A stretch of DNA of 64,000 bases, taken from Anaerolineae bacterium. GTDB lineage: Bacteria > Chloroflexota > Anaerolineae > Aggregatilineales > UBA3940. The notes under the pieces were generated by a model. It made no database searches. It was not told where the DNA came from and was given only the letters and a program-made list of their open reading frames with translations. The translations under genes were made by a program, and so were the position numbers. Of this stretch, positions 18,361 through 25,879 are shown one piece after another. The stretch lies in NCBI GenBank assembly GCA_034435035.1, contig DAOTXW010000040.1, forward strand, positions 83,144 to 147,143, written 5' to 3'. Numbering within the stretch: the first letter of the stretch is position 1; the number at the start of each line of letters is the position of its first letter.

Positions 18361-19866
18361 GTGCGGGCTGCAGCCCGGGCGCTTTGCTGGGTGGCGTTGA
18401 TGGCCGGCTGCCGGCCAGTGCAGGGCGCTCAGCCTGCGCCAACACCGGGGACTACTGCTACTCCGTGGCCGACGCTGGCTCCAATGGCGCCCGTTCCGGG
18501 GGAGGGAGGGCAAGCTCCCACCCCCCTGCCGGGCCCGCAGCTTCGCGACAAGTTCCGAGTCGAGGTTGTGACCGGCGTATCCGCTGTCTTCCCGCTTGAA
18601 GGGCGGATCGAACAACCGGTACGTATTGAGGCACTGGTCCTGAGCGGCGACTTAGATCCTGTCATCATCATCACTACAAGTGACGGGGATCGGCTGGCTT
18701 CGGTGAATGGCGGAGGGCCCGGGCAGCCGGAGGTCATCGGCGAGTTCCAGTTCCCCGGGACGGGCTACTACGAGCTGGGGCTGGCAGCCAGTAGCGGTGC
18801 GGGCGAGCTTGGGGTCTCGATCTACAACCTTGATCCGGCGGCGATCGAAGGTGGCGGCGTTTTTTCTTCGATTGAGGAGATCCTGCATGGGAGTATGGAC
18901 CAGCCAGCCAGTTATCACATTTATCGGCTGACGCTGGAGCGCGGCCATCGCATTGATCTGGCAGCCACCGCTATGACCGACGGCCTGGATCTGGTGATGG
19001 AGCTCTACGGGCCTGACGGGGCACTGAAGGAATCGCGCGATGACAATGTAGGCAAGGATCCACGCCTGTGGAACTACATGCCCAGTCAGACCGGGACCTA
19101 CATTGTCGTGCTGAGCAACTTTGATCAGAATACAGGTGACTATGAGCTGGCGGTGAGCCCTTCGGTATCTGGTGGCGAAGCCGCGATCGGCTCACGGGCG
19201 GAGGTTCAGCTGGAAGGCTCGCCCCGGCGCAGCACCTGGTTCACCTTCCCCGGTCGGGCACTGGACGCTGTCAGGATCGAGGCGCGCACTGCATCACCGG
19301 GTGTGGATATATGGCTGTCGGTCACGGATCCGTATGGCAACCGGCTGGCATCTGCTGATCTGAACGGGCCGGGTGGTACGGAGACACTTTCACTGGTACA
19401 ACTGCCGTTCGATGGCGCCTATCAGGTCGAGTTCCAGACGCTCGCCGAAAGCGGTCCCGTCGAGTATCTCATCACCACGACACGGGCAGCCGATCTTGAT
19501 CTGGGAGGGCGGATCGCGCCGAGCAACTTTGCGCGCACCGGCGCTTTTGATGCGCCCGGCACGGTGCTTTCGTACACATTTGATGCCAGCGCGGGTGATC
19601 TGATAGCTGTCAGCGCCCGCCCGACCGTGGCTGGAAGCGATCTGGATATGGGTTTCTACCTGTATGCGCCAGATGGATCCCGGCTGGCGAGTCACGATGA
19701 TGACGTGGGCAAAAACCCGGTGGCTGATGGCATTGAGCTGCCTTTGACAGGGCGATATGTCGTCTGCCTGTGGAATTATGGTGGCACACTCGGCCCATTT
19801 GAGGTGGTCATTGCCAACCCGGAAGCGCCCGTCGCACCCCCTGGCTCTCCGGGATCGACTCCATGA
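18361..19866 (+). CDS. Second PPC-repeat lipoprotein, paralog of the upstream gene
   Basis: GTG at 18361 follows AAAGGGGG; lipobox LMAGC; PTPGTTATPWPT linker; repeats LYxPDGxxLxxxDDxxGKxP...LPxTGxY. Confidence 0.78.
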   Translation: MRAAARALCWVALMAGCRPVQGAQPAPTPGTTATPWPTLAPMAPVPGEGGQAPTPLPGPQLRDKFRVEVVTGVSAVFPLEGRIEQPVRIEALVLSGDLDPVIIITTSDGDRLASVNGGGPGQPEVIGEFQFPGTGYYELGLAASSGAGELGVSIYNLDPAAIEGGGVFSSIEEILHGSMDQPASYHIYRLTLERGHRIDLAATAMTDGLDLVMELYGPDGALKESRDDNVGKDPRLWNYMPSQTGTYIVVLSNFDQNTGDYELAVSPSVSGGEAAIGSRAEVQLEGSPRRSTWFTFPGRALDAVRIEARTASPGVDIWLSVTDPYGNRLASADLNGPGGTETLSLVQLPFDGAYQVEFQTLAESGPVEYLITTTRAADLDLGGRIAPSNFARTGAFDAPGTVLSYTFDASAGDLIAVSARPTVAGSDLDMGFYLYAPDGSRLASHDDDVGKNPVADGIELPLTGRYVVCLWNYGGTLGPFEVVIANPEAPVAPPGSPGSTP

Positions 19867-19876
19867 TCCGCGCCTG

Positions 19877-19906
19877 AAAAAAGCAGCGGGGCGCAACGCC
19901 CCGCTG
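19877..19906 (-). terminator. Intrinsic terminator of rplY (possibly bidirectional)
   Basis: Perfect 10-bp stem cagcggggcg/cgccccgctg with a caa loop; A6 on the left gives a U-tract on the minus strand. Confidence 0.8.
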
Positions 19907-19933
19907 TGAAGACCAGGTAACAGATGGCTGCGA

Positions 19934-20584
19934 TTATTCCTCTTCTTCTTCGGCGCGCCGCTCGCGGATGACTTCTACAGCGTCCGCCGAGATCGGCTCG
20001 ACAAATAGGGCCTCTTCAACCTCGGCGGTCATCGGCTGATCGATCTTGAGGATCAATTCACCGGGGTCTGTTACGATGCGGACGCCCGCAGGAACGGGCA
20101 GATCGCTCACCAGGATGTGCTGTCCAACAGCAGTAAGCGTGCTTGCTTCCACCTGAATGCTGGGTGGCAGATCGGCCGGGAGCGCCTCCACCTCGACCGA
20201 GTTGGTGAGATGAATCAGGATGCCTTCGCGGCTTGCCACAACCGGAGATTCACCCACCACCACCACCGGCACCTCTGCGCGGATCAGCCGATCCATCGCC
20301 ACCCGGTAGAAATCGACATGCAGGATGTTACCTGCGATGGGGTCCCGCTGAACCTCGCGGGCGAGCGCCGGGATGGACTGGCTGCCCACCTGAAGTGCGA
20401 TCAGCTGCGTGCCACCCGCATGCGCCAGGACGGAGCGCAGGGCTTTATGATCAACCGTGAGGTTAATGGGCTCAGATTCGCGGCCATAGACAACAGCCGG
20501 GACCATACCCTGCCGGCGAAGCTGCTTGACTTTCTTGCCGACGATCTCGCGCGGACTTGCCTCAAGCGAGTATTTCTGGCTCAT
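19934..20584 (-). CDS. rplY: 50S ribosomal protein L25 / Ctc (long form)
   Basis: LEASPREIVGKKVKQLRRQGMVPAVVYG, EVQRDPI...HVDFY, EALPADLP, acidic tail. True ATG at 20584 follows GAGGAG. Confidence 0.95.
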   Translation of the reverse strand: MSQKYSLEASPREIVGKKVKQLRRQGMVPAVVYGRESEPINLTVDHKALRSVLAHAGGTQLIALQVGSQSIPALAREVQRDPIAGNILHVDFYRVAMDRLIRAEVPVVVVGESPVVASREGILIHLTNSVEVEALPADLPPSIQVEASTLTAVGQHILVSDLPVPAGVRIVTDPGELILKIDQPMTAEVEEALFVEPISADAVEVIRERRAEEEEE

Positions 20585-20737
20585 TCTTTCGTTCTCCTCT
20601 ACCACAGCCTTCGCCAGCGACGAGCTCCCATCAACGCCGGATCGTGGCTGGTTGCAGTTCAGCAAACAAAATGGGCGCCTCCACTCCGCCGCCAGCACTG
20701 CCGGGCAGCGAAGGGCCGGGAACGCCCCGCGGCACAT

Positions 20738-20766
20738 ATTGTACCGGGCGCAGGATACAGCGTCAA
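20738..20766 (-). promoter_or_regulatory. Sigma70-type promoter of rplY
   Basis: TTGACG, 17 nt, TACAAT on the minus strand. Confidence 0.75.
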
Positions 20767-20808
20767 TAGCGGGCGGCCCCGGCTTATACCTGAAGGGCCG
20801 CCGCCCGG

Positions 20809-21375
20809 TCAGGACTCGGACGCGGCCACGTAGCGGTCAATGAGATCGGGCGTGAGGGGGCCGAGATGCTCAGCGCGAACGATCCCCCGGGAGTCCAGAA
20901 TCACCGTGGTGGGGAATACCCGTATTCCGTACAGTGCAATGATGGAGCCGTCCGGATCGAGCGCCGCCGGGAACGTGAGTCCAAGCTCCTGCATATAGGC
21001 CGATACCACCTCAGGCTGTTCGCCTGCGTTCACTGCCACCACGTTGATCTGGCCCGCAGCAAAGGCCTGCTGAAGGGCCGGCATCTCCACGCGGCAGGGG
21101 CCGCACCAGGTCGCCCAGAAGTTGACGGCTACCGGCGTATCACGGTACAGAGAGCTGAGACGGATCACACCGCCGGCCTGGGTGCTGGCGCTGAAGTCCG
21201 GCGCGGGTTCTCCCACAATCACACGGTCGGGGATGGCGGTTGGCAACGCCGTCTGCCCCGGCGCCGGGGCGGAGCGGGGGCCGGCGCTCAACACAGCCAG
21301 CGCCATGACTGCGCCGGCGGCGATCCCTCCCAGCAGTAGAATGACCGGTGCGCGGCTGTCAGTCCGACCCGACAC
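20809..21375 (-). CDS. Membrane-anchored TlpA/ResA-like thiol-disulfide oxidoreductase
   Basis: APDF, VNFWATWCGPCRVEMP, VVAVNAGE, VFPTT; N-terminal TM. GTG at 21375 with AAGGA preferred over ATG 21405. Confidence 0.92.
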   Translation of the reverse strand: MSGRTDSRAPVILLLGGIAAGAVMALAVLSAGPRSAPAPGQTALPTAIPDRVIVGEPAPDFSASTQAGGVIRLSSLYRDTPVAVNFWATWCGPCRVEMPALQQAFAAGQINVVAVNAGEQPEVVSAYMQELGLTFPAALDPDGSIIALYGIRVFPTTVILDSRGIVRAEHLGPLTPDLIDRYVAASES

Positions 21376-21388
21376 GGGGTGCTTTCCT

Positions 21389-21416
21389 TCATTAGCTGAT
21401 GACATTAGCTGATGAC
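21389..21416. repeat. 13-bp tandem direct repeat of a near-palindromic unit
   Basis: cattagctgatga occurs at 21390-21402 and again at 21403-21415. Confidence 0.85.
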
Positions 21417-21423
21417 GTTACCA

Positions 21424-22779
21424 TCAGGGTATCCACTGCCCACTAAAGCCATTGCCTGTCACACGCTGCAGAGTCTCTGAAGACATATCATACATCCATA
21501 GCTCGGGGGTGCTGTGGGGCTGCTCCAGATTGAAGCGCTGGATCAGGATCTGATCCCCTGATGGGCTCCAGGTGAAGGCGGTGTTGTTGTAGATCGGATC
21601 CTCTGTGATGGCTCGTATCTCGCCTGTGTCGGGGTTCAGCAGGGTAAGCTGGCTGGCCCAGCCGGTCTGACGATCCAGACGACGGCGCCCAAAGGCAATC
21701 CACTTGCCCTGCGGGGACCAGGCGGCAGCCTGATCCTCTTCAGCTTGCTCCAGCAGCGGCCGTAGCCCTGCGCCGTCCCCTTCCAGCAGCGCCAACCAGA
21801 GCTCTGCGAAATACTGGCGCCCGACCGGGCGGATATCTGTGTAGACCATGCTGGTGCTGTCTGGCGAGAAGCTTCCCACTTCGCCCATCTGGCTCGGGAT
21901 CAGGATAGCATCCCCGCCGGACAGTGGCAGCACGCGAATGGCCTGTGAATTGGCATCAAAGAAGGCCAGCCATTGGCCATCCGGGCTCCATACCGGGGTG
22001 AATCCCAGCACCTGGTTGTCCTCAAAGACGGGGCCGGTCTGACCCGTTGCCACGTCATAAAGCCACACGCGGCTGGGCCCTGGCACTCCGGTGGCGGCGG
22101 CATCCTGACGCTCATAAGCCAGCAGGCGGCCATCCGGCGACCAGGCTGGCGTGCTGCAGATGCCTGGCCAGCAGTCGGTCAGCGCCTGTGCATTACCGCC
22201 CTGCGCATCGATGATCCAGATCTCAGAGGTCAGGTCCTGATTGAAGACAGTCACCGCGATCTGCGTGCCATCCGGGCTGGGCGCGAAGTTATACACACCA
22301 AACTCGGGGGCGAATATCTGCCGGGCATCGCCCTCGCCGGGGGCGATGCGCCACAGGCTGCGCTGCGGCGAATCCGCCGGGGCGAGGTACAGGATGGCAG
22401 GCTCGCGCGGGGTGAACGACCAGCGAATAGCGCGGGGGTTTGTGCGCCCATCGAGGCTGGACGCCCCCGATTCGAGCGTCACCGTGTAGACCCTGCCCGG
22501 CTGCAGGGCGGCTGTCGGGGTGAATGAGACGACGCTGCCATCAACACGCAGCTCGCCATCTACAACCGGCTCGATCCGCAGCCTCGTTTCTATGCTTGAA
22601 GGTTCCATCGGGCGGGCAAACTCAAGACGAATCTGGGTAGTGGACGGGGGGCGGCTGCCATCGGCAGGCGTCATGGCGATTAGGGGCACGCCTACATGAT
22701 CACCCAGGGCAACCACTCCCGCGATGGCTGCCAGCAGGCCGATGATGATCCCTGCGATGAGGCGATCGAAGCGATCCAT
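21424..22779 (-). CDS. Membrane-anchored protein with an Ig-like (SbsA/Big_5) domain and a TolB-like PD40 beta-propeller
   Basis: N-terminal TM; IRLEFARPM...FTP...LQPGRVYTVTL; repeats SPDGTQIA, WSPDGRLLAY, WSPDGQWLAF, WSPQGKWIAF, WSPSGDQIL. Confidence 0.85.
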   Translation of the reverse strand: MDRFDRLIAGIIIGLLAAIAGVVALGDHVGVPLIAMTPADGSRPPSTTQIRLEFARPMEPSSIETRLRIEPVVDGELRVDGSVVSFTPTAALQPGRVYTVTLESGASSLDGRTNPRAIRWSFTPREPAILYLAPADSPQRSLWRIAPGEGDARQIFAPEFGVYNFAPSPDGTQIAVTVFNQDLTSEIWIIDAQGGNAQALTDCWPGICSTPAWSPDGRLLAYERQDAAATGVPGPSRVWLYDVATGQTGPVFEDNQVLGFTPVWSPDGQWLAFFDANSQAIRVLPLSGGDAILIPSQMGEVGSFSPDSTSMVYTDIRPVGRQYFAELWLALLEGDGAGLRPLLEQAEEDQAAAWSPQGKWIAFGRRRLDRQTGWASQLTLLNPDTGEIRAITEDPIYNNTAFTWSPSGDQILIQRFNLEQPHSTPELWMYDMSSETLQRVTGNGFSGQWIP

Positions 22780-22786
22780 GGGGCGC

Positions 22787-23563
22787 TCAGGGGTAGAGAT
22801 AGGGCTGCTCAGGGGGCTGTACCGGCGTGATCTCCGAGGCCATTAAGACGGGCACGGCGCTTCCATCCACGATGCCGGCCTCAAAAGTGCCTCTCACCCG
22901 CACCCATGTGTCAGCCGGATAATTCGCTGGCTCCTCGGTCTGGACGACAACGCCGATAGCCAGCGCATCGGCCACACAGCAGGTCAGCGTGAACCGTCCT
23001 ACCATGAACTGCTCTGCATCGAAGCGGGCATCCCGGTAGACAAACCCGACGATGTCGGCTTCCTGGCCGTCCAGGGCTGCTGGATCAGGATCCTCGTTCA
23101 TGACGCGGACCCAGTCCAGGATATTGCGCTCGGAGGGGACCACGGTGAGGCGGCTGCCCTGATCGGCTGCGCCGGCCACATCGGTGGTGATGCCACGATT
23201 AGCGATCGCATTCGCGCCCAGAGGCCGTGCCGGGATGGTGATTCCCAGAATCAGCGGGAAGGCGACAATCACCAATGGCCAGGCCGACACGGTCTCATTA
23301 TGGGGATCGTGTCGGTGTCCGTGCGAGGGGGCATGGTCGGGGGGGATGTGCTGCGCGTCATCTCGGTCACTGATCAGCTTGTAGGAGCCTGCCAGCAGGA
23401 TCAACAGCCCGACTCCGACCACAGACAGCCAGCCGAAACGAGGGCCAATGTAGTAGTACAGCTTGCCGCTGACGAATTTCTCGGCCAGAAACATTGCGAG
23501 CAGGATCAACAGCAGCGCCTTGAGACGATTCGCAGAGTGGACGGTCAGCCGCATGCGCCTCAC
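22787..23563 (-). CDS. TIGR03943/DUF1980 (YcgQ-like) putative permease partner
   Basis: [11 protein letters not shown], His-rich [41 protein letters not shown]. Its GTG overlaps the stop of the upstream permease (GTGA). Confidence 0.85.
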   Translation of the reverse strand: MRRMRLTVHSANRLKALLLILLAMFLAEKFVSGKLYYYIGPRFGWLSVVGVGLLILLAGSYKLISDRDDAQHIPPDHAPSHGHRHDPHNETVSAWPLVIVAFPLILGITIPARPLGANAIANRGITTDVAGAADQGSRLTVVPSERNILDWVRVMNEDPDPAALDGQEADIVGFVYRDARFDAEQFMVGRFTLTCCVADALAIGVVVQTEEPANYPADTWVRVRGTFEAGIVDGSAVPVLMASEITPVQPPEQPYLYP

Positions 23564-24486
23564 CAGGGGACATTAAGATTGATGAACACACCGGTCAGCA
23601 GCGTGAGCAGGAATGGCAGCACCATCAAATAGACCACGATCCGACGTTCAAAGACGCCCAGGAACATCAGCGTGCTCTTGATGTCGATCATCGGGCCAAA
23701 CACCAGGAAGCTGAGGATGGAGCCGGTTGTGAACGTTCCGGCAAATGCCAGGGACAGGAACGCATCAACCGTTGAGCACACGGACAAAAGGAACGCCAGC
23801 CCCTGCATGACCAGGACCGATCCCACCGGCCCCGATCCGACGGACAGCAGAACAGCCTGCGGCACCAGAGTCTGAAGCATCGCTGCCAGTGCCGAGCCGA
23901 TGATCAGGTAGCGCGCCATTTCAAAGAACTCATCTGCCGCGACCTGCAGCGCGCGCTGCAGTCGATCGCGCACCGGCATGATCGGGCGCAGCGGGATCAC
24001 TTCGTCGCTGGCGGCCACAGGCGTCATTGGGGCATGTTGGCGCATCAGCCGCGCTGGCTGGGGGTGGAGCGAGAAAACCAGGCCAATGCCGGCAGCAATC
24101 AGGAATCCCAGCCCAAAGCGAGCGAACAGGATGGGCCTCCAGCCATACGCAGCATAGGTGCTGGCGACCACGACCGGATTGATGATAGGGGCTGAGAGCA
24201 GAAAGGCTATACCTGCCGATGCCGGTAAGCCCTTGTTGAGCAGCCGGCGGGTGAGCGGCACGACGCCGCATTCGCAGACCGGAAACGCGAGCCCCAGGAG
24301 TCCGCCGATCAGCACCGCCCGACCAGGCCTGCCCGGGATGAGCCTGAGCATGTCCTCGCGGCTGATGAACTCCTCCACCAGCCCTGAGGCAAGCGTGCCC
24401 AGCAGCAGAAAAGGGATGGCCTCAATCAGGATGCCCAGAAAGACGGTGGTGAAAGTAATGACCTGATCGATCACAGTGCCCCGCAC
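23560..24486 (-). CDS. DUF318/COG0701 (YcgR/ArsP-like) predicted permease
   Basis: [54 protein letters not shown]. Confidence 0.9.
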   Translation of the reverse strand: MRGTVIDQVITFTTVFLGILIEAIPFLLLGTLASGLVEEFISREDMLRLIPGRPGRAVLIGGLLGLAFPVCECGVVPLTRRLLNKGLPASAGIAFLLSAPIINPVVVASTYAAYGWRPILFARFGLGFLIAAGIGLVFSLHPQPARLMRQHAPMTPVAASDEVIPLRPIMPVRDRLQRALQVAADEFFEMARYLIIGSALAAMLQTLVPQAVLLSVGSGPVGSVLVMQGLAFLLSVCSTVDAFLSLAFAGTFTTGSILSFLVFGPMIDIKSTLMFLGVFERRIVVYLMVLPFLLTLLTGVFINLNVPW

Positions 24487-24538
24487 ATGGCCGGCGGAAT
24501 ACCCGTGATCTTACCACGGCCTTTCCAGGTTGCCAGTT

Positions 24539-24624
24539 TCAGCAGACCACAATGGATATCGATGGCAAACCAGAGACCGATGCGCGAAGTTCATCCGCGG
24601 CGTGGTTTCATTGTGGTCTGCTGA
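24539..24624. repeat. Perfect 16-bp inverted repeat (86-bp hairpin- or MITE-like element)
   Basis: tcagcagaccacaatg (24539-24554) and cattgtggtctgctga (24609-24624) are exact reverse complements, with a 54-nt spacer. Confidence 0.9.
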
Positions 24625-24663
24625 GCGTCAATTAGTGGTGACCTGCCCTTTAGAAGTGCCGGA

Positions 24664-25686
24664 TCACTCCCCAAGACCTATCACCAGCTGTGCGGCATTG
24701 GCCCGCATCATGTCCACATAGGTTTCGGCGCCGCTGCCCGGCGCTCCCAGCGAGTCAGTGTACAGGGTAAGTACACGGATATCCGGCCCGAGTTCGGCAG
24801 CAATCGTACCGGCAAGCTCTGCATCGATCGTTGTCTCAACGAAGATGGCCCTGATCCCCTCTGCACGTAGTACATCAATTAGCTGAGCCATCTGACCGGC
24901 CGATGGCTCGGCTACCTCGGCGGCCCCGATGTAGATCGTGTCCACCACCTCAAACCCATAGGCTCGAGCGAAGTACGCCAACGCATCATGGTTGGTCACC
25001 AGCCGACGGTGTTCCGGTGGGATTCGTGCCACCTGTTCGCGGATGTGAGCATCAAGACTCTCCAGCTCTCTCCGATAGGCCGCCGCATTGGCGCGATAGC
25101 TGGTAGCCCCGTCGGGATCGAGAGCCGCCAGGGTTTCGGCCACGTTGGCTACCCAGATCATCACATTGCGCGGATCCTGCCAGGTATGGGGATCTCCATA
25201 CTCATGGGTGTGATCCAGATCCCCGCCCTCCTCGCTCTGATGGTCTTCATCCTCAACGGGGAAGATAATGTCCACACCAGCGGATACCGGTACGACAGCG
25301 GGGCTGCCGCCCAGCATATCCAGGACCGGCTCGAGGCCTTCCTCGAAGTGAAGCCCGTTGACGTACAGCACGTCCGCTTCGCGCAGTAAGGCGAGGTCCG
25401 ATGCGCTGGGCTCGTAGCTGTGTGGGTCCTGCCCGGAGGGTATCAGCACTTCCAGATGGATGCGATCGCTGCCGACGTTGGCGACCACATCGCCGATGAT
25501 ACTGGTGGTGGCCACGACTTGCAGCGGATCGCCTGCGGGGCGCTCTGCCGGGGAGAGCGTCGGGAGCGCCAGTTCCGTGTCCCTCTCTTCGACGAGAGGC
25601 TGGGGAAGCACGGGCTGCGACAGCCCCCCACAGGCGGCCAGGGTAAGTCCCAGGATTACGGGCAGGCAAGTAACAGTCAGGCGCAT
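24664..25686 (-). CDS. Metal (Zn/Mn) ABC-type substrate-binding lipoprotein, ZnuA/TroA family
   Basis: Lipobox LTLAAC; VVATTSIIGD, GQDPHSYEP, NGLHFE, His/acidic loop EDEDHQSEEGGDLDHTHE, DPHTWQDP, HDALAYF, IFVET, YTDSLG. Confidence 0.93.
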   Translation of the reverse strand: MRLTVTCLPVILGLTLAACGGLSQPVLPQPLVEERDTELALPTLSPAERPAGDPLQVVATTSIIGDVVANVGSDRIHLEVLIPSGQDPHSYEPSASDLALLREADVLYVNGLHFEEGLEPVLDMLGGSPAVVPVSAGVDIIFPVEDEDHQSEEGGDLDHTHEYGDPHTWQDPRNVMIWVANVAETLAALDPDGATSYRANAAAYRRELESLDAHIREQVARIPPEHRRLVTNHDALAYFARAYGFEVVDTIYIGAAEVAEPSAGQMAQLIDVLRAEGIRAIFVETTIDAELAGTIAAELGPDIRVLTLYTDSLGAPGSGAETYVDMMRANAAQLVIGLGE

Positions 25687-25701
25687 TCGGGGGCTCCTTA
25701 A

Positions 25702-25751
25702 TGAGATGAAGTATCAATTAGTATTCTATCGTGTGCCTGGCCGCCTGTCAA
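25702..25751 (-). promoter_or_regulatory. Sigma70 promoter of the SBP gene with a Fur-family (probably Zur) box at the transcription start
   Basis: Minus strand: TTGACA (25751-25746), 17 nt, TAGAAT (25728-25723). tgagatgaagtatca (25702-25716) matches 10 of 14 positions of the 7-1-7 TGATAATnATTATCA motif. Confidence 0.65.
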
Positions 25752-25879
25752 ATGGTGTCAGCCGCAGGACCAATCGACCTATTCCGACTTGACCCTCGCC
25801 TATTGACCGTACTACACTTAAGCACAAGCAGGGGGGGACCCCGCCCTGAACTGATCAGCGCCGGGCGGCGCCGGCACCC

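Noticed and set aside
19934-20584. rplY as part of the metal-regulated cluster
   Set aside because: It has its own strong promoter at 20738-20766, so adjacency alone does not imply co-regulation.
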